This document shows, in pieces, positions 1 through 8,121 of a stretch of 64,000 nt of DNA; position 1 is the stretch's first letter, and every line of letters begins with the position of its first letter. The stretch covers positions 74,527 to 138,526 of the forward strand of contig JBIIRM010000001.1 in assembly GCA_044341565.1 (NCBI GenBank), in the 5' to 3' direction. A program made the position numbers and the translations under genes. Under the pieces are notes generated by a model. That model did not search any database. It was not told the origin of the DNA and saw only the letters and a list, made by a program, of their open reading frames with translations. This stretch comes from Minisyncoccia bacterium. Its GTDB lineage: Bacteria > Patescibacteriota > Minisyncoccia > SW-4-49-11.

Positions 1-1917
1 GGTTTAGATGGGGGAGAATCAAGTGGAGTATTAATATTACCACCTAATTCAACAGAAGGAAAACCTGTTTCAGAAGTGTTGGGTCTTAATGAAGCAATTA
101 TTGATATTGATAATAAAGGCCTTGGAACAAGAGCCAGTGATTCATCATCATTTTATGGAGTAGCTAGGGAGGTAGCTCTTATTACAGAGAAAAAATTAAA
201 GCCCTTAGAATTAGCAGAATTTCCAAAACAACAAGTAAAAAAACAGATTCAAATTGAGACAGAAGCTTGTAGCTATTATTCTCTTTTAGCTTTATCTGGA
301 TTAAGTAATTATAAATTTGATTCTAATGTGCTCAGTAAGGGCGCCTATAGAGTAGATTTATATGTACAGACAGATACATTCAAATTAGATGATCGTATAC
401 ATAAATTATTACAAATATTAAATCAAAAAGCTCATCATCCCGCAGTTGATTTAGGAAATTTTATTTTATTTGAAATTGGCCAGCCCGTACATGTTTTTGA
501 TGCAGAGAAAATCAAAGGCAATACCTTAACTATCAGAGAAGCAAAAAAAGGGGAAACTCTTCTTACTATTAATGAAACAGAAATTGTATTAGAGGAAGGG
601 GATATTGTCATTTGTGATAAAGAGCAAATTATTGCCTTGGCAGGAATTATTGGAGGGTCCTCTACCGCTGTGGGGGATGGAACTACACAGGTTTTGATAG
701 AAAGTGCTCATTTTGATGCTGAGAGAATTCGCAAGACAGCTAGAAGACTAAGATTATTAACAGAATCAGCCAAGCGTTTTGAGCGAAATATACCCGTAGA
801 ATTAGCTGATATTGCAATGCAGCGTATTCTTCATCTTGTAACACAATCAGGGCTTGGAGTACTTGGATATAGCCATAAGGGGCATAATACCACTAGCCAT
901 AAAACAGTTAATCTCGATTATGATTATGTGCGTCGTTATATCGGAGCTGATATTACGGATGGGAATATTAATGCCTATTTTACAGCTTTACAAATACAAG
1001 TTCATAAGCCATTTGGGTCTCATCAATATCATCTTACAGCACCATATTGGAGATTGGATTTGAATACACCAGAAGAATATATAGAAGAAATAGCTCGACT
1101 TTATGGCTATGATACAATTCCTGCCACACTCAATATTGAGAAAATCGCTCCTACTATTAATTCATTATTTGCATTTAAACGAATATTATCAGAAACTTTA
1201 GCTAAAATAGGATATACGGAAATTATTACCTATCCGTATTCAGTTGAGGGAAATTTAAAATTAATAAATCCCGTAGATGAGTCTAAACCCTATTTACGAC
1301 AAAGTTTAACTAAATCTCTGGCCGATGCTATTGTATTAAATCAAAATCATCGAGATACATTACAATTATTCGAGATAAGTAATGTATTTACAGCGGAGCA
1401 ACATTTACATTTGAGTATTGGTGCTTGGGATAAACATAAAACCGCTACTGAGAATATAAATCAAACTTATCATGATATTGTATTACTAATTACTAAATTA
1501 GGCTTTGATACTAATAAAATTACAATACAGATTAATGATGAAGGACATATCATTACCTATGCAGAACAACCAATTGGTTGGATTCATGGTGAAGATTTGG
1601 TCATAGAATTAGATATTACCGTTTTGGTAGGTATTCTCACTCCTATTATAGAAAAATATATCCCTATTCCTAAATATCCTGCTGTAAAAAGAGATATTAC
1701 CATTGCTGTTTCCCCGTCATTATCTTCTCAGGAAATCTATAATACTATTCAATCTTTAGTCTCAAAACGATGTGAATATATTGGTCTTAGAGATATATTC
1801 GTAACAGATACTGCTATAAAATATACATTTCATTTGGAATTTCGAGACCCCGAGCAATCTTTATCAGATGAAGATGTGAATGCCGAAATAGCTATTATTG
1901 AAAAGCATTTTAATTAA
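1..1917 (+). CDS. pheT: Phenylalanine--tRNA ligase beta subunit; 5' end truncated by the window edge (frame is open from nt 1, first ATG at 76)
   Basis: Reading frame open from position 1; translation has PheT-like B3/4 and C-terminal anticodon-binding-like regions (…FDAEKIKGNTLTIREAKKGE…, …IFVTDTAIKYTFHLEFRDPEQSLSDEDVN…); 613+ aa fits the C-terminal two-thirds of an ~800 aa PheT. Confidence 0.7.
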   Translation, partial: GLDGGESSGVLILPPNSTEGKPVSEVLGLNEAIIDIDNKGLGTRASDSSSFYGVAREVALITEKKLKPLELAEFPKQQVKKQIQIETEACSYYSLLALSGLSNYKFDSNVLSKGAYRVDLYVQTDTFKLDDRIHKLLQILNQKAHHPAVDLGNFILFEIGQPVHVFDAEKIKGNTLTIREAKKGETLLTINETEIVLEEGDIVICDKEQIIALAGIIGGSSTAVGDGTTQVLIESAHFDAERIRKTARRLRLLTESAKRFERNIPVELADIAMQRILHLVTQSGLGVLGYSHKGHNTTSHKTVNLDYDYVRRYIGADITDGNINAYFTALQIQVHKPFGSHQYHLTAPYWRLDLNTPEEYIEEIARLYGYDTIPATLNIEKIAPTINSLFAFKRILSETLAKIGYTEIITYPYSVEGNLKLINPVDESKPYLRQSLTKSLADAIVLNQNHRDTLQLFEISNVFTAEQHLHLSIGAWDKHKTATENINQTYHDIVLLITKLGFDTNKITIQINDEGHIITYAEQPIGWIHGEDLVIELDITVLVGILTPIIEKYIPIPKYPAVKRDITIAVSPSLSSQEIYNTIQSLVSKRCEYIGLRDIFVTDTAIKYTFHLEFRDPEQSLSDEDVNAEIAIIEKHFN

Positions 1918-1940
1918 AGAGTCAAAAAAGGCCATTATTA

Positions 1941-1969
1941 TTGACAAATTGACAATAATGCGGTATAAT
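1941..1969 (+). promoter_or_regulatory. sigma70-like promoter upstream of rplU (TTGACA-17-TATAAT)
   Basis: TTGACA at 1941-1946, 17-nt spacer, TATAAT at 1964-1969; ~25 nt upstream of rplU start. Confidence 0.5.
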
Positions 1970-1991
1970 AAGTCCTAGTGTTAAATAAGTA

Positions 1992-2312
1992 GTGTATATG
2001 TTTGCAATTATTCGTACCGGAGGAAAGCAGTATCCAGTTGAAAAAGGAACTATTCTTAAAATTGAAAAGCTTCATTCTGAAGAAGGTTCAGAAATTGTAT
2101 TTGATGATGTGTTATTAGTTAATAATGATTCAGATATTACTCTAGGGAATCCTACAATAGCAAAGGCTAAGGTTAAGGGAAAAATTCTTACTCAAGGAAG
2201 AGGGAAAAAGCAAATTATTTTTAAATATAAGAATAAGACTCGATATAGTGTTAAAAATGGACATCGACAACCATTTACAGAAGTAGAAATTACTGATATT
2301 AGTGTAAAATAA
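1992..2312 (+). CDS. rplU: 50S ribosomal protein L21
   Basis: MYMFAIIRTGGKQYPVEKGTILKIEKL… is the canonical L21 N-terminus; 106 aa. Confidence 0.9.
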   Translation: MYMFAIIRTGGKQYPVEKGTILKIEKLHSEEGSEIVFDDVLLVNNDSDITLGNPTIAKAKVKGKILTQGRGKKQIIFKYKNKTRYSVKNGHRQPFTEVEITDISVK

Positions 2313-2330
2313 TCTTATTGTATTCCATAT

Positions 2331-2594
2331 ATGGATACATATACAAAAATAGAAACAGTATTAGAAGAAATCCGTCCAATGTTAGAATTAGATGGTGGTG
2401 GTGTTGAAATTGAAGCTTTTGAAAATGGTAATTTAACTCTCCACTTATTAGGGGCTTGCTCAGGATGCCCTATGTCTTCTATGACATTTGGCGTAGTAGT
2501 TGAGAGTAAATTAAAAGAAGTATGTGGTGACAAAATCAAAAATATATATTATACTCAAGATAGTACAGAAGGACATTATCATTTAAGTAAATAA
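2331..2594 (+). CDS. NifU/Nfu-like Fe-S cluster assembly domain protein
   Basis: 87 aa; LEEIRPMLELDGGGVEIEAF…LLGACSGCP matches the NifU C-terminal domain signature (GG…CxxC). Confidence 0.65.
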   Translation: MDTYTKIETVLEEIRPMLELDGGGVEIEAFENGNLTLHLLGACSGCPMSSMTFGVVVESKLKEVCGDKIKNIYYTQDSTEGHYHLSK

Positions 2595-2596
2595 AT

Positions 2597-2866
2597 ATGG
2601 CAATTAAAACATTGGCAATAGATAGAGATAAATGCATTGGAGCAGCTAGCTGTATTGCAGTATATCCTGATGTATTCGAAATTGATGCAGAAGGAAAGGC
2701 AGTATTAAAGTTAAAAGGAGATAAAACAAGTTCAGATAAAACTGATATTACCGCTCTTGATGTGACATCAGTAGATGATGATACCTTATTATTAGCTGCT
2801 CAATCTTGTCCAACTGCTGCCATTTCTCTTTATGATGAGTCAGGAAGTCAAGTATTCCCTGCATAA
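2597..2866 (+). CDS. Small ferredoxin (single [3Fe-4S]/[4Fe-4S]-type)
   Basis: 89 aa; DRDKCIGAASCIAVYPDVFEID … AAQSCPTAAISL is a Cx2-3(A)x2C…CP ferredoxin pattern. Confidence 0.6.
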   Translation: MAIKTLAIDRDKCIGAASCIAVYPDVFEIDAEGKAVLKLKGDKTSSDKTDITALDVTSVDDDTLLLAAQSCPTAAISLYDESGSQVFPA

Positions 2867-2892
2867 AGAGGTATTTAAAATACAAACATAAT

Positions 2893-3696
2893 ATGTCCTC
2901 TTATCAAGTTATTGATTTAATTACACAATATCAAAGTAATTTCCCTGTATGGGGAGCGGCTGCAGTATTTTCATTTTGTCTTATACTTATCTTGTCTTTA
3001 GAAAAGGCCAAGAGAAAGGGAGTTCCTGGAGATGATATTTTTGGATTGGTGAGCATGACAGCCCTTGGAGGATTATTTGGTGCTAGAATTGCGTATTTAC
3101 TTATGTATCAGGCTGATATTAATTTTGTCTCTACATTAAGTTGGGGGGAAGTTTTTTATAAAGGGCATCTCAGTATTGTGGGAGGATATTTTGGAGCAGT
3201 TATTGTAGGTTGGTTTTATTTACAAGGATTTGCAGCCTTACAGAGATCTAAAATGTCTTGGCTTCGATTCTCTGATACATTTTTATATATTATCCCACTC
3301 GGGTTGGCCTTTGGATATATTGGAGTATTTTTTGTTAGTATATCGAAGGGGGCTATCACAAATCAAGCATATCCATGGGTATTCCCTATGGCTGACTCGT
3401 ATATTCATCCATGGGGATTATATATTGCAGCTGGATATTTATTCTTATTCATGATACTATTCATATTAAATCAGCGATTATATGAATTTCGCCGACCAGG
3501 TTATTTGACATCAGTATTTGTATTAGGAGTAGCAACTATTCATTTCTTTGCTGATTTTTGGCAAACTACCGATATGTCCTATGGAGACCCAAGAATTATT
3601 GGACTTACCATGACTCAATGGGTAGCTCTCATAGTTATTTTTATTACAGGTCTGACCATTTTATTCAGAAGAGCAAGGAATAAGAGGAGAACATAA
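2893..3696 (+). CDS. lgt: Prolipoprotein diacylglyceryl transferase (probable)
   Basis: 267 aa polytopic membrane protein; LGGLFGARIAYLLMY and SIVGGYFGAVIVGWFY resemble the Lgt signature regions (E. coli LGVFLGGRIGYVLFY / SFHGGLIGVIVV). Confidence 0.55.
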   Translation: MSSYQVIDLITQYQSNFPVWGAAAVFSFCLILILSLEKAKRKGVPGDDIFGLVSMTALGGLFGARIAYLLMYQADINFVSTLSWGEVFYKGHLSIVGGYFGAVIVGWFYLQGFAALQRSKMSWLRFSDTFLYIIPLGLAFGYIGVFFVSISKGAITNQAYPWVFPMADSYIHPWGLYIAAGYLFLFMILFILNQRLYEFRRPGYLTSVFVLGVATIHFFADFWQTTDMSYGDPRIIGLTMTQWVALIVIFITGLTILFRRARNKRRT

Positions 3697-3734
3697 TTAT
3701 TCTATTCTCCCTTATCAATAACTGTGGGGAATAT

Positions 3735-5504
3735 ATGAATAATGAAGTAAAAGATTTAATAAAGCAAAAGCTAGATATCGTAGATATTATTGGGGAATAT
3801 GTAACTTTAATCCCCGCAGGATCTAATTATAAGGCTTTATCTCCATTTCGTAGTGAAAAAAGCCCCTCTTTTATTGTGAGTCCTGAACTACAAATATATA
3901 AGGATTTTGGGGGGGATAAAGCAGGAGATATATTCCAATTTATTATGGATATTGAAGGAGTTGAATTTCGGGAAGCTCTTCAAATATTATCAGAAAAGTC
4001 AGGAATATCATTACAATCAGCATCAGGAGAAAAATCTCCATATAAAGAAAATAATAAAAAAACTCTTCTTAATATATTACAGGATAGTGCTAAAATATAT
4101 CACTCTATTTTATTGCATCCCACTCATGGAGAAAAGGGGAGACAATATTTATATGAAAGAGGCTTAACAGATGAACTTATAGAGTTATTTAGCATTGGTA
4201 TTGCTCCTCAAAATTATCAAACATTAACCAAACGCCTTATTACTAAATATTCTCCTCAAGATATTGAGGCTACCGGTATGGGAATACAAGGCCAACAAAA
4301 TCATTTATATGATAGGTTTCGAGGCCGTATTATGATTCCCATACAAGATACTTTGGGACGTGTAGTGGGCTTCACGGGAAGAATATTACCAGAATATGAT
4401 GATGGTCAAATGGGAAAATATGTAAATTCTCCCCAAACAAGCACATATGATAAAAGTAAAGTATTATTTGGATTATCTCAAGCTAAAATTGCAATTAAAA
4501 CTCAAAAAAGGGTGATTTTAGTAGAGGGGCAAATGGATGTCATAATGTCTCATAAAGCGGGTATTAAAGATGTGGTAGCAGTGTCGGGGACAGCCTTAAG
4601 TGAATATCATATTACGGCTTTAATGCGATATACAGATCAATTTTTATTAGCTTTTGATAATGATGCAGCCGGAATAGCCGCTTGTTTGCGTTCGGCTTCT
4701 CTTATTACCCAAAAAGGTGGAGTAGTAAAAGTTATTTATATAGAGGGTGGTAAGGATACCGCTGATTTAGTAAGAGAAAATCCTCAATTATGGGAAAAAG
4801 CCATTGAAAAAGCTGAGGACTTTATAGAATATTATCTCAATCATATTGTCGCTAATATTAAATCAGAAGATATTCCTGCTAAAAACAAGGCATTACAACA
4901 ATTAATACAATGGATACAAGTAATTAATGATCCTATTGCAAAGAATTATTATACCAAAAAATTAGCTGATTTATTAAATATGTCAGAAAAAGATATATAT
5001 ATTCAGATGAAAACGGATATAAAATCGTATAATACCGATACAGTTGAGAGACCTATAGACTCTGCTTCTGTTCGATTGCAAAAACATATTATTGCATATC
5101 TCCTTTACAAACCAGAAAATCGTGATATTCTTATATTAGAAGAGTCTCTATTCACTCAATCAATATTGAGAGAATTATTTATTAAAATAAGAGACCACTG
5201 TACGACTAAATCTCCTAAAACATTAAGTTTAGCTGAATGTAAATCATTTGTTTCAGACTCGGAATATACCATTCTTGAAGAATTGTTATTACCTATTTTT
5301 TATCAAATTGAACAAATGCAATCAAGTGAAGAGCAAATACAGCAAAGTATACAGGAAACAATTCATTTGCTTAAAACTCAATATCAAAGCTCGGTCAGAA
5401 AGGCTTTATTGAAAAAATTAAAGGAAGCAAAAAAAGCAGGGGATAATGATAAAGTGCAAGATATTCTGGAAAAATATAAAATTTTCACGAAAAATACTAG
5501 ATAA
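3735..5504 (+). CDS. dnaG: DNA primase
   Basis: 589 aa; N-terminal CHC2 zinc-finger region ([13 protein letters not shown]), RNA-polymerase domain, TOPRIM ([11 protein letters not shown]…AFDNDAAG). Confidence 0.9.
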   Translation: MNNEVKDLIKQKLDIVDIIGEYVTLIPAGSNYKALSPFRSEKSPSFIVSPELQIYKDFGGDKAGDIFQFIMDIEGVEFREALQILSEKSGISLQSASGEKSPYKENNKKTLLNILQDSAKIYHSILLHPTHGEKGRQYLYERGLTDELIELFSIGIAPQNYQTLTKRLITKYSPQDIEATGMGIQGQQNHLYDRFRGRIMIPIQDTLGRVVGFTGRILPEYDDGQMGKYVNSPQTSTYDKSKVLFGLSQAKIAIKTQKRVILVEGQMDVIMSHKAGIKDVVAVSGTALSEYHITALMRYTDQFLLAFDNDAAGIAACLRSASLITQKGGVVKVIYIEGGKDTADLVRENPQLWEKAIEKAEDFIEYYLNHIVANIKSEDIPAKNKALQQLIQWIQVINDPIAKNYYTKKLADLLNMSEKDIYIQMKTDIKSYNTDTVERPIDSASVRLQKHIIAYLLYKPENRDILILEESLFTQSILRELFIKIRDHCTTKSPKTLSLAECKSFVSDSEYTILEELLLPIFYQIEQMQSSEEQIQQSIQETIHLLKTQYQSSVRKALLKKLKEAKKAGDNDKVQDILEKYKIFTKNTR

Positions 5505-5515
5505 TAGATTTATAT

Positions 5516-6619
5516 ATGGCAAAGTCAAATGATACTACTTCAAAACAAGCCCTTGATAAAATAGTAAAAGCCTTGATTATACAAGGTAAAGAGCGGGGAT
5601 TTGTGACAGAAACAGAAATTATGTATGCGCTTCCCAATATTGAGGATAATCTTGAGCAATTAGAAGAATTATATGATATCCTCAAAGAAAAAGGAATTAA
5701 AGTACAAGATGAGGTAGAATTCCTCCCCGGAGTAAATAGTGATGGAATTGAGGAAAGTGAAGTATATACTTCATTAGAAAAATGGGAAGAAGAATTACCA
5801 GATCCCGTACAAATGTATTTAAAAGAAATTGGAAATATTCCTCTTTTAACTAAAGAGCAAGAAATTTATATTTCAAAAAGAGTACTTGAAGGAGATGAGG
5901 AAGCAAAGCGAGAACTGGCTGAGGCTAATTTAAGACTTGTAGTATCTATTGCTAAAAAATATGTAGGAAGAAGTCCTAATCTTACTTTACTTGATTTAAT
6001 TCAAGAGGGGAATTTAGGATTATTCAAAGCCATTGATAAATTTGATTATTCTAAAGGATTTAAATTCTCTACATATGCTACTTGGTGGATAAGACAGGCT
6101 ATTACCCGTGCTCTTGCTGATCAATCTCGAACTATTCGTATTCCTGTTCATATGGTAGAGACTATTAATAAATATTCTCAAGTTGTACGTAATTTGGTAC
6201 AAGAATTAGGAAGAGAGCCATTACCAGAAGAAATTGCAGCAGAAATGGATTTAGATGTAGAAAAAGTGCATCAAATTATTAAAATCAATCAAGATACTAT
6301 ATCCCTGCAAGCTCCTGTAGGAGATGAGGATGGAAGTTCTCTTGGAGACTTTATTGAAGATACCGAATCATTAAGTCCTACACAAACAGCAAGTCGTAAT
6401 TTACTTCGTGAGCATTTACAAGAGATTTTAGATGATCTCAATGATAGAGAGCAAAAAATTCTCCAAATGCGATTTGGTCTAGAGGATGGTATCACTCATA
6501 CCTTAGAAGAAGTAGGAGCTGAATTCAATGTAACTCGTGAGCGTATTCGCCAAATTGAAGTAAAAGCCTTAGAAAAAATACGAGAACATGTTAATATCCG
6601 CAAATTACGAGATTATTAG
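5516..6619 (+). CDS. rpoD: RNA polymerase primary sigma factor (sigma-70 family)
   Basis: 367 aa; [21 protein letters not shown] (region 1.2), [16 protein letters not shown] (2.3/2.4), region 4 [19 protein letters not shown]; directly follows dnaG. Confidence 0.9.
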   Translation: MAKSNDTTSKQALDKIVKALIIQGKERGFVTETEIMYALPNIEDNLEQLEELYDILKEKGIKVQDEVEFLPGVNSDGIEESEVYTSLEKWEEELPDPVQMYLKEIGNIPLLTKEQEIYISKRVLEGDEEAKRELAEANLRLVVSIAKKYVGRSPNLTLLDLIQEGNLGLFKAIDKFDYSKGFKFSTYATWWIRQAITRALADQSRTIRIPVHMVETINKYSQVVRNLVQELGREPLPEEIAAEMDLDVEKVHQIIKINQDTISLQAPVGDEDGSSLGDFIEDTESLSPTQTASRNLLREHLQEILDDLNDREQKILQMRFGLEDGITHTLEEVGAEFNVTRERIRQIEVKALEKIREHVNIRKLRDY

Positions 6620-6693
6620 AGTCTGACCCCTTCACAAAATAGAACTTATATGATATAATCACTTTCAGTATGTTATATAAGGAATAGAGTACT

Positions 6694-7119
6694 ATGAGTA
6701 AGCCAATCAAAGCAGTTGTAAAGCTACAAGTTCGAGGAGGTCAAGCTACCCCAGCTCCACCAACAGGAACCGCATTAGGACCCCATGGAATTAAATTACA
6801 AGAATTTTGTATCAAATTTAATGATGCAACTCGAGAACAACAAGGAGAAGTTGTACCGGTAGAGGTAACAATTTATGAGGATAGAAGTTTTGACTTTGTT
6901 CTTAAAATTTCTCCTGTTTCAGCTCTTATCAAAAAAGAATTGAAACTTTCTAAAGGTTCTTCAATTCCAAATAAGACAAAGGTAGGAAAATTAAGCAAAG
7001 CTCAGGTATCAGCAATAGCTGAGAAAAAATTACCTGATCTTAATGCCTTTGAACTTGAAGCTGCTATGAAAATAGTAGAAGGTACTGCCCGATCAATGGG
7101 AGTAGAAATAACAGAGTAG
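6694..7119 (+). CDS. rplK: 50S ribosomal protein L11
   Basis: MSKPIKAVVKLQVRGGQATPAPPTGTALGPHGI… is canonical L11. Confidence 0.9.
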   Translation: MSKPIKAVVKLQVRGGQATPAPPTGTALGPHGIKLQEFCIKFNDATREQQGEVVPVEVTIYEDRSFDFVLKISPVSALIKKELKLSKGSSIPNKTKVGKLSKAQVSAIAEKKLPDLNAFELEAAMKIVEGTARSMGVEITE

Positions 7120-7166
7120 GAGAGTATTATTAATAATATTCGCTAATACTACATAACTATATCATT

Positions 7167-7847
7167 ATGAGATCCAAAGCCTATCGCAATATTATTGAAC
7201 AATTAGACCGAACTAAAATATACCCATTAACAGAAGGTATTCCTGTCGTATTGAGTTTTGCAAGAGCAAAATTTACCGAAAGCGTAGATATTCATATCAA
7301 GACTAATCTTAAAGGTACTAAAGGACCTCAATCAGTAAGAGGAACAGTGATTTTTAGCAAGCCAATTGCTAAGGGGAAAACAGTTTTAGTATTAACCGAA
7401 GATGAGGCTAAATTACAACAAGCTATCGCTGCAGGAGCTGATAAAGTTGGAGGAAAAGAAATTATTGATGAGATAAAGCAAGCTGGAGGTATTAATTATG
7501 ATGTAGTAATTGCAACTACTGATTTTATGCGATTTGTAGCACCAGTAGCTAAGATTTTAGGACCAAAAGGGCTTATGCCTTCTCCTAAAAATGGGACAGT
7601 AACTGATGATGTAGAGCGAGTAGTCAAAGAATTCAAGGCTGGTAAAGCTGAATTTAGAATGGATAAAACAGGAGTTATTCATCAGGCAATTGGGAATATA
7701 ACATTTAGTGCAGAGGAATTAGAAAAGAATATTCGAGAATTTGTAGCTGAAGTCCAAAAACATCAGCCAGAAAAGGTAAAAGGTGAATTTGTAAAGCATA
7801 TATATCTTTCCCTTACACAAAGTCCATCTATTAAAGTAAAGCTTTAA
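7167..7847 (+). CDS. rplA: 50S ribosomal protein L1
   Basis: 226 aa; L1 family; follows rplK as in the conserved rplKA pair. Confidence 0.85.
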   Translation: MRSKAYRNIIEQLDRTKIYPLTEGIPVVLSFARAKFTESVDIHIKTNLKGTKGPQSVRGTVIFSKPIAKGKTVLVLTEDEAKLQQAIAAGADKVGGKEIIDEIKQAGGINYDVVIATTDFMRFVAPVAKILGPKGLMPSPKNGTVTDDVERVVKEFKAGKAEFRMDKTGVIHQAIGNITFSAEELEKNIREFVAEVQKHQPEKVKGEFVKHIYLSLTQSPSIKVKL

Positions 7848-7863
7848 TACAGCATATATAAAA

Positions 7864-7886
7864 GAGAGCTGAAAGGCTCTTTTTTG
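7864..7886 (+). terminator. Rho-independent terminator after rplA
   Basis: GAGAGC / GCTCTT stem (one G:U) with 6-nt loop followed by TTTTT. Confidence 0.55.
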
Positions 7887-7966
7887 TATTATGGGGATAA
7901 CCATTTTAGACTTTAGAGATATAATGGCTGTATATAAGTCTATTTAAGATTATAGTCTTTGCTGAT

Positions 7967-7975
7967 TGTGGATAA
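7967..7975 (-). promoter_or_regulatory. Consensus DnaA box (TGTGGATAA is the reverse complement of TTATCCACA) upstream of nrdA
   Basis: Perfect 9-mer about 75 nt upstream of the nrdA -35. Confidence 0.4.
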
Positions 7976-8029
7976 CTTTCTTTATTTTAGAGGTGAAATA
8001 GTTCACTAGTAGTAAAATATGGCTTTTCT

Positions 8030-8045
8030 ATACTATATATAGTGG
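8030..8045. promoter_or_regulatory. NrdR-box-like palindrome abutting the nrdA promoter
   Basis: ATACTATATATAGTGG; the central 12 bp ACTATATATAGT (8032-8043) are perfectly palindromic and match the NrdR box consensus (acaCwAtATaTwGtgt, from memory) at ~13/16. Confidence 0.45.
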
Positions 8046-8050
8046 TTAAA

Positions 8051-8079
8051 TTGTATATTGAAAATAAGTCTGATATAAT
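8051..8079 (+). promoter_or_regulatory. sigma70-like promoter of nrdAB (TTGTAT-17-TATAAT)
   Basis: TTGTAT 8051-8056, 17-nt spacer, TATAAT 8074-8079, ~40 nt before the nrdA ATG. Confidence 0.45.
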
Positions 8080-8121
8080 AATTCTACCCCTTAATAATAG
8101 ATAAACATAATATATACAGAT

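Noticed and set aside
7998-8013. A second NrdR box ~31 bp upstream of the strong palindrome (around the ACTAGT core)
   Set aside because: It matches the NrdR consensus poorly (fewer than half the positions), so only one confident box is reported
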